A stretch of 64,000 bases of DNA, taken from contig OZ024759.1 of assembly GCA_964016885.1 (NCBI GenBank), positions 31,558,001-31,622,000 of the forward strand, in the 5' to 3' direction. The notes beneath the pieces were generated by a model. It did not search any database and was not told the DNA's origin. It saw only the letters and a program-made list of their open reading frames with translations. The position numbers and the translations under genes are program-made. How positions within the stretch are numbered: the first letter of the stretch is position 1; each line of letters begins with the position of its first letter. Positions 12,617 through 24,981 of the stretch are shown one piece after another. The DNA comes from Eledone cirrhosa (taxonomy: Eukaryota).

Positions 12617-13935
12617 TCATTCTGTGACCTCTTCAGTGAAAACAAGATGGCATAGGACAGAACAAAGGAGAGGCACAGAAACAAAGAAAAGAATCCCAAT
12701 CACTGAAGATGTCACAGAATGTGTGACGAAAGAACTTTGACAATATATGAACAATCGTCTGGTTGTGGAACCAACCAACCGTAAATTTATAAATTCTTAA
12801 ATTTATAAATTTAATTTATAATAAATTGAAGTGAAAGCAACTGGTGCGTGTGTTTCTTATTGGCAACATGACCCTCCCAAAGTATAACAATATATATATA
12901 CATATATATATACAAACACATATACCCATGCTAGCGTGGAAGATGGACGTTAAACGATGATGATGATGATATATACATACACAGACACATTTATATATAT
13001 ATATACACGCACACCTATAAATACACACATATATACACATACACATATACACATATATATACATATAGAGAGAGACACATATATATATATATAGATACAT
13101 ACACATACATGGTGGCTGCCAACTCGTTTTCGAGTACGGCCACTACTTTATATCCATGTAGGAGAACCCCTACCAATGCGCTGAACAAGTGTGACTTTTT
13201 AGTCCAGCCAGCGACTGAAAACTGTGGTACAAACACTACACTTGTGACAATTATTGACACATAGTGCTGGGCCATGGTACCATGTGATGACAAGTGCAGA
13301 GAGATCTCCAGATACAAAGCAATGCCTGTGCCGTGAAGCTTTTATAGTGAGCAAAGGCACTGCACAAAGCCAGTCCCACTCTCTTAACCAAGATGATATT
13401 TACCAAAAAGAAGAACAAGTCAACATCATTGGATACCATCAGGGTTGCAGGCGTTATATCAGAGTTTTCCTTCTCCTAGAATTCTGCCTTGACAAAGGCT
13501 AAGGGGTCATCTCTCCCGGTGATTTTGGATGGCCATTGACTCTTAAGAGCTCCTTTACCCTTTGACAGATTTTGTTTTTAGTCCTATAGGATGTCCAAAG
13601 TCACCCTCCTCACCAAGAAACCTTGGTGGGGTTGCCAGTTTAGTCGCCAACGACCCGACCATGGGACAGGTTGTACTGGGATACATGTTACCAGTAGCAC
13701 CAAGTGGTAACCTGACACAACATACACACATATATACATACATTCATATATATATATATGCATTTATATATATATTTCAACACATATTTTATTAAATTTT
13801 CCCTTCTCCATATCGTTGGCTTCGTTTACCAAAGATATTTAGTTAGGTCTAGGTGCCAATACAAATTCCTTAATTTCAGAGATTGCCTTTTTGACACATA
13901 TATGGTAATAGCTTAGTCGCTTCTTCTTCTTGGTG

Positions 13936-16900
13936 TAGATATTGTTGTTGTTGTTGTTGTTTATTTGGATATTGCTGTTGTTGTTGTTTATTTGGATATT
14001 GTTGTTGTTGTTGTTGATCTAGATATTGTTGTTGTTGTTGTTGTTGTTTATCTAGATAGTGTTGTTGTTGTTGTTGTTTATCTAGATATTGTTGTTGTTG
14101 TTGTTGTTTATTTGGATATTGTTGTTGTTGTTGTTTATTTGGATATTGTTGTTGTTGTTGTTTATTTGGATATTGTTGTTGTTGTTGTTGTTTATCTAGA
14201 TATTGTTGTTGTTGTTGTTTATCTGAATATTGTTGTTGTTGTTGTTGTTTATTTGGATATTGTTGTTGTTGTTGTTGTTTATCTAGATATTGTTGTTGTT
14301 GTTGTTGTTTATCTAGATATTGTTGTTGTTGTTGTTGTTTATCTAGATATTGTTGTTGTTGTTGTTTATATAGATGTTGTTGTTGTTGTTTATTTGGATA
14401 TTGTTTTTGTTGTTGTTTATTTGGATATTGTGGTTGTTGTTGTTGTTTATCTAGATATTGTTGTTGTTGTTGTTGTTTATTTGGATATTGTTGTTGTTGT
14501 TGTTTATTTGGATATTGTTGTTGTTGTTGTTTATTTGGATATTGTTGTTGTTGTTGTTGTTTATCTAGATATTGTTGTTGTTGTTGTTTATCTGAATATT
14601 GTTGTTGTTGTTGTTGTTTATTTGGATATTGTTGTTGTTGTTGTTTATCTAGATATTGTTGTTGTTGTTGTTGTTTATTTGGATATTGTTGTTGTTGTTG
14701 TTTATTTGGATATTGTTGTTGTTGTTGTTTATTTGGATATTGTTGTTGTTGTTGTTGTTTATCTAGATATTGTTGTTGTTGTTGTTTATCTGAATATTGT
14801 TGTTGTTGTTGTTGTTTATTTGGATATTGTTGTTGTTGTTGTTGTTTATCTAGATATTGTTGTTGTTGTTGTTGTTTATTTGGATATTGTTGTTGTTGTT
14901 GTTTATTTGGATATTGTTGTTGTTGTTGTTTATTTGGATATTGTTGTTGTTGTTGTTGTTTATCTAGATATTGTTGTTGTTGTTGTTTATCTGAATATTG
15001 TTGTTGTTGTTGTTGTTTATTTGGATATTGTTGTTGTTGTTGTTGTTTATCTAGATATTGTTGTTGTTGTTGTTGTTTATCTAGATATTGTTGTTGTTGT
15101 TGTTGTTTATCTAGATATTGTTGTTGTTGTTGTTTATATAGATGTTGTTGTTGTTGTTGTTTATTTGGATATTGTTTTTGTTGTTGTTTATTTGGATATT
15201 GTTGTTGTTGTTGTTGTTTATCTAGATATTGTTGTTGTTGTTGTTGTTTATTTGGATATTGTTGTTGTTGTTGTTGTTTATTTGGATATTGTTGTTGTTG
15301 TTGTTGTTTATCTAGATAGTGTTGTTGTTGTTGTTGTTTATCTAGATATTGTTGTTGTTGTTGTTGTTTATCTGAATATTGTTGTTGTTGTTGTTGTTTA
15401 TTTGGATATTGTTGTTGTTGTTGTTGTTTATCTAGATAGTGTTGTTGTTGTTGTTGTTTATCTAGATATTGTTGTTGTTGTTGTTGTTTATCTAGATATT
15501 GTTGTTGTTGTTGTTTATCTAGATATTGTTGTTGTTGTTGTTTATCTAGATATTGTTGTTGTTGTTGTTTATCTAGATACTGTTGTTGTTGTTGTTGTTT
15601 ATTTGGATATTGTTGTTGTTGTTGTTTATTTGGATATTGTTGTTGTTGTTGTTGTTTATCTAGATATTGTTGTTGTTGTTGTTGTTTATTTGGATATTGT
15701 TGTTGTTGTTGTTGTTTATTTGGATATTGTTGTTGTTGTTGTTGTTTATCTAGATAGTGTTGTTGTTGTTGTTGTTTATCTAGATATTGTTGTTGTTGTT
15801 GTTGTTTATCTGAATATTGTTGTTGTTGTTGTTGTTTATTTGGATATTGTTGTTGTTGTTGTTGTTTATCTAGATAGTGTTGTTGTTGTTGTTGTTTATC
15901 TAGATATTGTTGTTGTTGTTGTTGTTTATCTGAATATTGTTGTTGTTGTTGTTTATTTGGATATTGTTGTTGTTGTTGTTTATTTGGATATTGTTGTTGT
16001 TGTTGTTGTTTATTTGGATATTGTTGTTGTTGTTGTTGATCTAGATATTGTTGTTGTTGTTGTTTATCTAGATATTGTTGTTGTTGTTGTTGTTGATCTA
16101 GATATTGTTGTTGTTGTTTATTTGGATATTATTGTTGTTGATGTTGTTTATCTAGATATTGTTGTTGTTGTTGTTGTTTATCTAGATATTGTTGTTGTTG
16201 TTGTTTATCTAGATATTGTTGTTGTTGTTGTTTATCTAGATATTGTTGTTGTTGTTGTTGTTTATTTGGATATTGTTGTTGTTGTTGTTTATTTGGATAT
16301 TGTTGTTGTTGTTGTTGTTTATCTAGATATTGTTGTTGTTGTTGTTTATCTAGATATTGTTGTTGTTGTTGTTGTTTATCTAGATATTGTTGTTGTTGTT
16401 GTTGTTTATTAGGATATTGTTGTTGTTGTTGCTTATCTAGATATTGTTGTTGTTGTTGTTGTTTATCTAGATATTGTTGTTGTTGTTGTTGTTTATTTGG
16501 ATATTGTTGTTGTTGTTTATCTAGATATTGTTGTTGTTGTTGTTGTTTATCTAGATATTGTTGTTGTTGTTTATTTGGATATTGTTGTTGTTGTTGTTTA
16601 TTTGGATATTGTTGTTGTTGTTTATCTAGATATTGTTGTTGTTGTTGTTTATTTGGATATTGTTGTTGTTGTTGTTGTTTATCTAGATATTGTTGTTGTT
16701 GTTGTTGTTGTTTATCTAGATATTGTTGTTGTTGTTGTTTATTTGGATGTTGTTGTTGTTGTTTATTTGGATAGTGTTGTTGTTGTTGTTGTTTATCTAG
16801 ATATTGTTGTTGTTGTTTATTTGGATATTGTTGTTGTTGTTGTTTATCTAGATGTTGTTGTTGTTGTTGTTTATTTGGATATTGTTGTTGTTGTTGTTGT

Positions 16901-18300
16901 TTATCTAGATATTGTTGTTGTTGTTGGTTATTTGGATATTGTTGTTGTTATTGTTGTTTATCTAGATATTGTTGTTGTTGTTGTTGTTGTTGTTTATTTG
17001 GATATTGTTGTTGTTGTTTATTTGGATATTGTTGTTGTTGTTGTTGTTTATGTAGATATTTTTGTTGTTGTTGTTGTTTATCTAGATATTGTTGTTGTTG
17101 TTGTTGTTGTTTATTTGGATATTGTTGTTGTTGTTTATTTGGATATTGTTGTTGTTGTTTATTTGGATATTGTTGTTGTTGTTGTTTATCTCGATATTGT
17201 TGTTGTTGTTGTTGTTTATTTGGATATTGTTGTTGTTGTTGTTGTTTATCTAGATATTGTTGTTGTTGTTTATTTGGATATTGTTGTTGTTGTTGTTTAT
17301 CTAGATGTTGTTGTTGTTGTTGTTTATTTGGATATTGTTGTTGTTGTTGTTGTTTATCTAGATATTGTTGTTGTTGTTGTTGTTTATTTGGATATTGTTG
17401 TTGTTGTTGTTGTTTATTTGGATATTGTTGTTGTTGTTGTTGTTTATCTAGATATTGTTGTTGTTGTTGTTTATCTAGATATTGTTGTTGTTGTTGTTGT
17501 TGTTTATTTGGATATTGTTGTTGTTGTTGTTTATTTGGATATTGTTGTTGTTGTTGTTGTTTATTTGGATATTGTTGTTGTTGTTGTTGTTGTTTATCTA
17601 GATATTGTTGTTGTTGTTGTTTATTTGGATATTGTTGTTGTTGTTGTTTATCTAGATATTGTTGTTGTTGTTGTTTATCTTGATATTGTTGTTGTTGTTG
17701 TTTATTTGGATGTTGTTGTTGTTGTTGTTTATTTGGATATTGTTGTTGTTGTTGTTGTTGTTTATCTAGATATTGTTGTTGTTGTTGTTTATTTGGATAT
17801 TGTTGTTGTTGTTGTTTATCTAGATATTGTTGTTGTTGTTGTTGTTGTTGTTTATTTGGATATTGTTGTTGTTGTTGTTGTTTATTTGGATATTGTTGTT
17901 GTTGTTGTTTATCTAGATATTGTTGTTGTTGTTGTTGTTTATTTCGATATTGTTGTTGTTGTAGTTTATCTAGATATTGTTGTTGTTGTTGTTGTTTATC
18001 TAGATATTGTTGTTGTTGTTGTTTATCTAGATATTGTTGTTGTTGTTTATCTAGATATTGTTGTTGTTGTTTGTGTAAATGTTGTTGTTGTTGTTTATGT
18101 AGATGTTGTTTATGTAGATATATTGTTGTTGTTGTTGTTAGTGTAGATACTGTTAATGATGATGTTTATGTGGATATTGCTGCTGCTGTTGTTGTTGTTG
18201 TTGTTGTTTATGTAAATATTGTTTTCAATATTCTTGTTATTGTCATTGATAATGTTTCTATAACAGTTGCTGTTGCTGTTGTTGTTGTTGTTTATGTAGA
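13936..18300. repeat. Compound satellite (GTT)n-TAT(CTA/TTG)GATATT, ~4.3 kb
   Basis: Directly visible; degenerates after ~18070. Confidence 0.97.
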
Positions 18301-18758
18301 TGAAGCAATTTAGATAGTGTAATGTCAGACATGCAAATTGAAATATATTAAAAAGATTAAAAACAAAATAAGACAAAATAAAATAAAATAAATTGACACT
18401 CTGGGTGAGTGAAGGAAGTTTGGGGATGAAATAAATTGAAGTGAAGTTTCCACAATGAGAAGTTTTCAATAAACTTTTCTCTTTTTTGGGTTTTTTTTTG
18501 TATGTGTGTGTGTCCTCCATCTTTTTTTTGTTTGTGTGTTGTTTTTTTTAATCGTGTTGATGAATAAGTCAAGCCAAAAAAAAACCCTCAACCATGATTC
18601 TGAATATCTATTGAATTATTGGATATTTTCTGAACAAAGAAAAAAACTTTCAACACAGTCAGTTCAGGAGTAATACTGTTGAGTTTATGTAGAGATAGAT
18701 AGCTTAATGGTTAATGTGGTATGTCAGCGGTAACATTGTTGGTGTGGAGATAGGTAGC

Positions 18759-18968
18759 TTAACCCTTTAGCATTTACATTACTCTATATTTACTATTGTA
18801 TTTTCATGGTAAAGGCTTTATCTCACATAATATTCTATGAGATTTTGATATTATTTATTTTGAGAAAAAACTTAATGTTGGTATGAGTGGCCAGTTATGG
18901 CCAGTTTGAACAGAAAGAGGTGAGAGAATTCTGGTCAGATGTGGTCGGCTTAAATGCTAAAGGGTTAA
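18759..18968. mobile_element. piggyBac-type MITE (TTAA target duplication, TIR CCCTTTAGCATTTA)
   Basis: TTAA-CCCTTTAGCATTTA...TAAATGCTAAAGGG-TTAA; copies at 24341-24546, 31007-31226, 37658-37884, 61258-61460; partial at 35366-35554 and 53095-53268. Confidence 0.85.
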
Positions 18969-19788
18969 TGGTTAACAAGGTATGTCAGGGGTAACATTGT
19001 TGATGTAAAGATAGGTAGCTTAATGGTTGACTAGGGAGGTCAGGAGTAACACTGTTAGCACATTTGAAACTTCAGATGAACCAGCTTAGGGTGAAAGCAG
19101 AAATTGTTTGCTTAAACGTTTAACCTGTGCCAATAATAAATATTTGCTCTACAGGTTTGTACATATTTTTATATATCCAGCTAACCTCAGTCTCCTCTGT
19201 ATGCAGTATACTCAGTATACTCAGCTGAAATGAGAATCAGCAATATCAACGACAGTATTTGACATTATGATCGTATGTCCACCATCTTTACTACTGGAGC
19301 AACATAAAATGAAGTTTTTTTGCTCAAGAACACAACACACAACCCAATTCCAGGGAATCAAACCCACGACATTACGATCCTAAGACCAACACCCTCACCA
19401 CAAGGCCACACACCTGCAAGGTAGCATGCAGTAAGAACGAACATGGAACTACAACGATATTCTTTTAAAACGATATTCTTAAACGTATAACCAAGACTAC
19501 ACCAATTATCAAAGCAGACTAAAATTCAAATTTAATCTAAAGAACTTGAACTAATATTTCCGTGGCATCACTGTACTAGTAATTATGTTTTAGGAAAAGT
19601 TTTCCGACAAAAAATTTAGATTTTTTTTTTCCCTGCGGAACACTAACACACTATATATATCTCTAAAAACTTCATCGATTGGGTTTTTTTTATATAGTTT
19701 TTTTACCTGATAATAATCACCACATTAGTTTTCTCAAAGTGTCATGTTATTTTAGTTTTTTTTCTAAGGTTTTCTTCTTTTTTTTTTT

Positions 19789-19819
<31 letters not shown>

Positions 19820-19889
19820 TATTGTCTTTTTTTTTTCTATGCAAGTAATTAATATTCTTATGTTTCTTTTGCTGAAGAAGATGGAGAAG

Positions 19890-19928
<39 letters not shown>

Positions 19929-20048
19929 AGAGAAAGAGAGACATATATATATATGTATACATAAATACACATATATATAGAGGGAGAGAAAGCGAGATAG
20001 ATGCACACATATATATGCATATATATGCATATATATGTATATGTATAA

Positions 20049-20167
<119 letters not shown>

Positions 20168-21615
20168 CATACATATATATATATTTACAAACATACATAT
20201 ATGCATATATATATATATATATGTATATGTATATATGTATATATGTATGTAAATATAATTTTCTTACAATATTAATAACACTTTCCTTATTTTCCTTATT
20301 TCATAAAATTTGAGTATATAGATTTTTTTCTTTTTGAGATACAGATATCCGTGTATCTCATAGTGAGATACTTATTATCATCATCATCATCATCATCATC
20401 ATCACCATCATCATCATCACCATCATCATCACCATCACCATCATCATCATCATCATTATCATCATCATTATTATTATTATTATTATTATTATCATCATTA
20501 TCATTATCATTATTATTATTTTCCTCCAAGCTTTATCACTTTTCTTTTCAATTTTTTTTCTTTTTTTTTTTTGTTGTATGCGGGGGACTTTTTACATTTA
20601 ATTTACTGCAGTCTTGTGTAGACTTTACTCATTATTATTATATTTCTAAAAATTTTTTCTTATTATTATCAAAGATGAACAGTGTGTGATTATACTATAT
20701 ACTATTGTTCAGAAGTCTCAAGAAAGTTCCATTCCATTATTCTCATCTATAATCTCCCGTATGTATTACTTATCAAAAATAAAACATTCTGATTATAAAG
20801 CGACTCTAGCCGTCATTGCCAGAGAAGATGAAGACAGATGAAATAGACTGATATCTTATTGATAACAGAACAAACATATTTTCATCTTATATGTGTGCGT
20901 ATGCAAGCAGGGAAAAGCGGACGTAAAATGATTATGATGATGATGAACCCGCCAGACAGTCCTGTGCGAGCAAGACAACCACTCTTGCCTCAAGTGGGAA
21001 AACCCCCATCCAAACCCATGCAAGCGTGGAACACGGACGCTAAACCCGATGATGATGATGATGATGATGATACATATTGGTCGACATACAGTTTAAAGTT
21101 AGACTTAATATTCATAGTTATTGTTTAAGGTTAACATTAGACTTTGTTGGGATTTGAATTTAGGGGTTCGCTGTTAAGTTTAGAATCAATATTTAATGAG
21201 CCCTCTTCTATATTATATAAGGTATTTTCATCGACTAGTTAATGTAATGTGTGTGTAGTTATATAAAGAAGTAACTCAATGTTTTCACACTGGTCAACAC
21301 ACATTTTACTGACTTCGGCTTTGTCGTTGTTTTTAGCTAATTTCGAGGCACTGGTTTCATATATGGCATCCATTTTTTCTTAACACATCAGGATTTCATT
21401 CTGTAGCACATCCCTATTTTATTATCCACTGTATGAATAATATAATTTACTTAGGAAGGATTACCAAGCCTTGTAGCTTAAAACCTTAAGTTATAATGTC
21501 AATAGAATCTGATATGAGATGAAATATAAGATAACATTACCTTTTATTAAATACATCTTGTTAATTCTCAAATAAAAAAGATAAAGCACAAACAGTCATA
21601 CACTAACCAACATAT

Positions 21616-21810
21616 TCATGGAACAAATGTTTGCTTATGTGAACACCTGGAGAGTTTCATGTCTACAGAGTCTCTTTGAATACTCCAACAGTAGTCTGCC
21701 ATCATGTGTGTGTTCCATCTACCTTGATATTTCTCCTCCATAACCTTGATATCTTGATGGAAGCTCTCGCCATGCTCATCTCTCACATATCCAAAATTAA
21801 CAGGAAATTC
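21616..21810 (-). mobile_element. DNA transposase C-terminal fragment (Sola-like)
   Basis: EFPVNFGYVRDEHGESFHQDIKVMEEKYQGRWNTHMMADYCWSIQRD resembles the FPENLGAVSDEHGERFHQDI..ME.RYQG.W...M.ADYCW motif; superfamily assignment from memory. Confidence 0.65.
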
Positions 21811-22289
21811 ATTGTGATCCCAATCAAGAGAATGGAGAGGATATCATGCCACGGAGGATGACAAGGAAGACGATGATGATGATGATGATGACGATGATGA
21901 TGATGATGATTATGATGATGATGAAGGTGATGATGAAGGTGATGATGATGATAATGATGATGACAATGATGATGAGGATGATGATGATGATGATTCACTA
22001 GTGAAAGTATTTAAAGACAGGAAATTTTTTTAAATTAAAACTATCTACCTTCTCAGTTTTATCTGTGATATTCTCATTATACATTATTAAGTTTTATGAC
22101 GTTTAATTAATGGGATCATTATTTGCCAACTATACCAAAAGTATTCTTTTTTCAGCAATTAGGTATTTACATTTAAAGTAGGATCGTGAAAGGAAACGGA
22201 AGTTTTGTATGTAATAGATGTACAGGGATAATTTATAGTATGTGGGGCAGAGATATAATCCTTCTCCAACCACATGAAGGTTTAATAGA

Positions 22290-22885
22290 AGTGGTTTACA
22301 GCATCTGCTAGATAGGTGATATATTTAACAGTGGCGGGGGCTACTCTGAGAGCATAATAACTAAGAATAAGGAAAGGATGGAAGAAGTTCAGGGAGATAC
22401 ACACTCTGTTGACAACAAAAGGTTTCTCCCTATGAATGAAAGGATGGCTATATGATGCCTGTGTGTGAAGTGTGATGCTGCATGGTAGTGAAACATTGGC
22501 ATTGAATAGAGAGGACATGAGAAGGCTGGAGAGAAATGAAGCAGGCATGCTTGCTTCGATGGATAGGCAATGTAAATGTGAGAGAAAGGCAGAGATTGGA
22601 TGAACTGGGTATAAGAAAAGTCAGATGTAGTGTGCAAGACAGAAGCATGTATTAGTTTTGATAGGTGATGTGTATGGATGATGATCTCTGGGTGAAGAAG
22701 TGCCAGGAAATCCAAGTGGAAGGAAACTAGAGCAGAGGTAGATCAAAGAAGATCTGGGCAGAGGTGGTGAGAGCTAATCTCATATCGCTGAGACCCACAG
22801 AGGAGATGACGAAGTAATGTGACGAGTGGAGAGATGCTGACCTGAGAAGACCCATCCAACCCATGCAAGAATGGATAAAGGTGAG
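22290..22885 (+). mobile_element. Degenerate RTE LINE 3' fragment
   Basis: GWKKFRE, MLHGSETLA, MRRLERNEA remnants with frameshifts and stops. Confidence 0.8.
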
Positions 22886-23824
22886 AACATGATAAAGATG
22901 ATGTGGTTACATAAGTATAACATTTGCCTCGAGCCCAGAGACTCCCCAGGCCTGTGCTTATCCCAGTTTATGTGGCTTTTAAGCAACTGAAAGTACAAGA
23001 CACCCTCCTGGACAATATGCCAGTCCAATGCAAGGGTAAGCCCCCAGCTATTGCTGGTACTCGTTTTTAGCTGAGTATACTGGAGCTCAAGAACACAACA
23101 CACAACCCATTATTAGGGTTAAAAAAAAGGAGTATTCAGTTCTAATGTTTCAGATATTCTAGCTGGCTTTTTGAAGGGGATTCAGCTGCTATTTGCAGCA
23201 TCCTACAAGACCATTTTGTGTGATTTAAGCGTGTTTTAGCTGATTTTACAGTGTGGGGCTGGTTAGTCAAATACGGTCAAAGGGAAGTAATTGAGTCAAA
23301 TCACGTTCTATTGATTATTATTTCCCTTTGACTATAAATTGGATTTTTTCATATTTTTGTTTCTTATTTACTTAATAAATCATATTTTTTATTGAAACCT
23401 TACAAATATACATATTAAAAGATTTAAATTGTGATTCTAGAGATGAAATTAAAACATGATGATGGTGATTATATATATATGACCACTTTACAGTGTGGGC
23501 TGGGTGCTTTTTGTGTATATAAACAGTGATGATTTGCTAACTGCAAAAGGTTTTTCCCTCAAAATGACAGGCAGGCTGTATGATGCATGTATACGAACAA
23601 CTATGTTGCACAGCAGCGAGCCCTGGGCACTGTGTGCAGAGGACCTGCGAAGATTGGAAAGAAATGAAGTCTCGTTAGGTGTGTATATATGTATATATAT
23701 ATATATACCAAAGATTCATATGGTTCATTGATTAACTCTACAAAGAAGTTTTCTGGAGTTATTAATCACTGCCAATACTGGAATTGAACCATCAAGACCG
23801 TTGAGGTATGTCATACATCAATTC

Positions 23825-23896
23825 ATGTATTTTATCTGACGAGGACGTACTGAAAAAACAGCACAGTACCTTCGAAATATATATAATAAAACATAT
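23825..23896 (+). ncRNA. Minimal type-I hammerhead ribozyme motif
   Basis: ttttat-CUGACGA-gga.c.gtactg/cagtac.c.ttc-GAAA-TATATA-TA-ataaaa; palindromic stem III. Confidence 0.65.
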
Positions 23897-24898
23897 TTTG
23901 ATTATGTGAATGTCTTCATTTATTAATATTCTGAATAATATACATATATATATATATATATGTTCTTTGCATATCTCCTTTGGGGTTTTTTAGGGGGGTT
24001 GGGGCCAGTATATGTTGAAATATCTTCTTCATATTCAAATTTCTAAATCCTCCAACAAAATTTCCAACCGCCAACCATTTTCTGTTCAGTTATTCATCAC
24101 CCACCCAACTGTAGAAATCAGCCACCAGAGGGCAATATCGCCGAGGTTAGGAAACCTGGCCTTAGAGCAATACGCTGGAAATTTATTGGAGATGTCCTGC
24201 GATGGTATTGAACCGATGACCTAATGATTACGAAATGAACTGCTTAATCATTCAGCCAAAGTGAGGTGGTATGTATGGTAAAACACAGTGCTATGATGTA
24301 GTGAGATGTGGTATCTACTCCGAGGTACTGAACCACAGACTTAACTCTTTACCGTTTACATTACTCTATATTTACTATTGTATTTTTGTGATAAACGTTT
24401 TATCTCACATAATATCCAATCTATGAGATTTTGATGTTATTTATTTTGAGAACAATACCTTAACAGCAGTATGAGTGGCCAGTTACAGCCAGTTTGATCA
24501 GAAAAAGGTGAGAGAATTCTGGCCAGTTTAAATGCTAAAGGGTTCATGATTACAAAGTGAACTACTTAACCATTCAGCTACAGTGAAGTGGTATCTATGC
24601 CAAAACTACACCTGATGTACCCCTGCCATACACATGCACACATGTGTATATCATGACTCATGCACTGTTCATTTTCCTGACGTTTGTACATTACCCTATG
24701 TACTATACATACACTTTTTGATGAGTTGTAGTGCACCTGAGCACTGTACACACTATTTTCATTATTATTATTATTAAACAGAGTGTTATGATGTAGTGTG
24801 ATATGGTATCTACACCATGGTATTGAACCAATGGCTTAATGATATGTATACATACATATATATATATGTATGTATATATATATATATGTATACATACA

Positions 24899-24978
<80 letters not shown>

Positions 24979-24981
<3 letters not shown>

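Larger units (their letters stand above)
10123..18100. repeat. Tandem duplication: unit 1 at 10123-12617, unit 2 from 12618 with expanded satellite
   Basis: Non-satellite portion 10123-11445 is repeated almost identically at 12618-13937 (offset ~2492-2495). Confidence 0.93.

Noticed and set aside
11473-18146. Long poly-Val YLDIVVVV ORFs
   Set aside because: Satellite translation with non-ATG starts and sporadic TAG; not called as CDS
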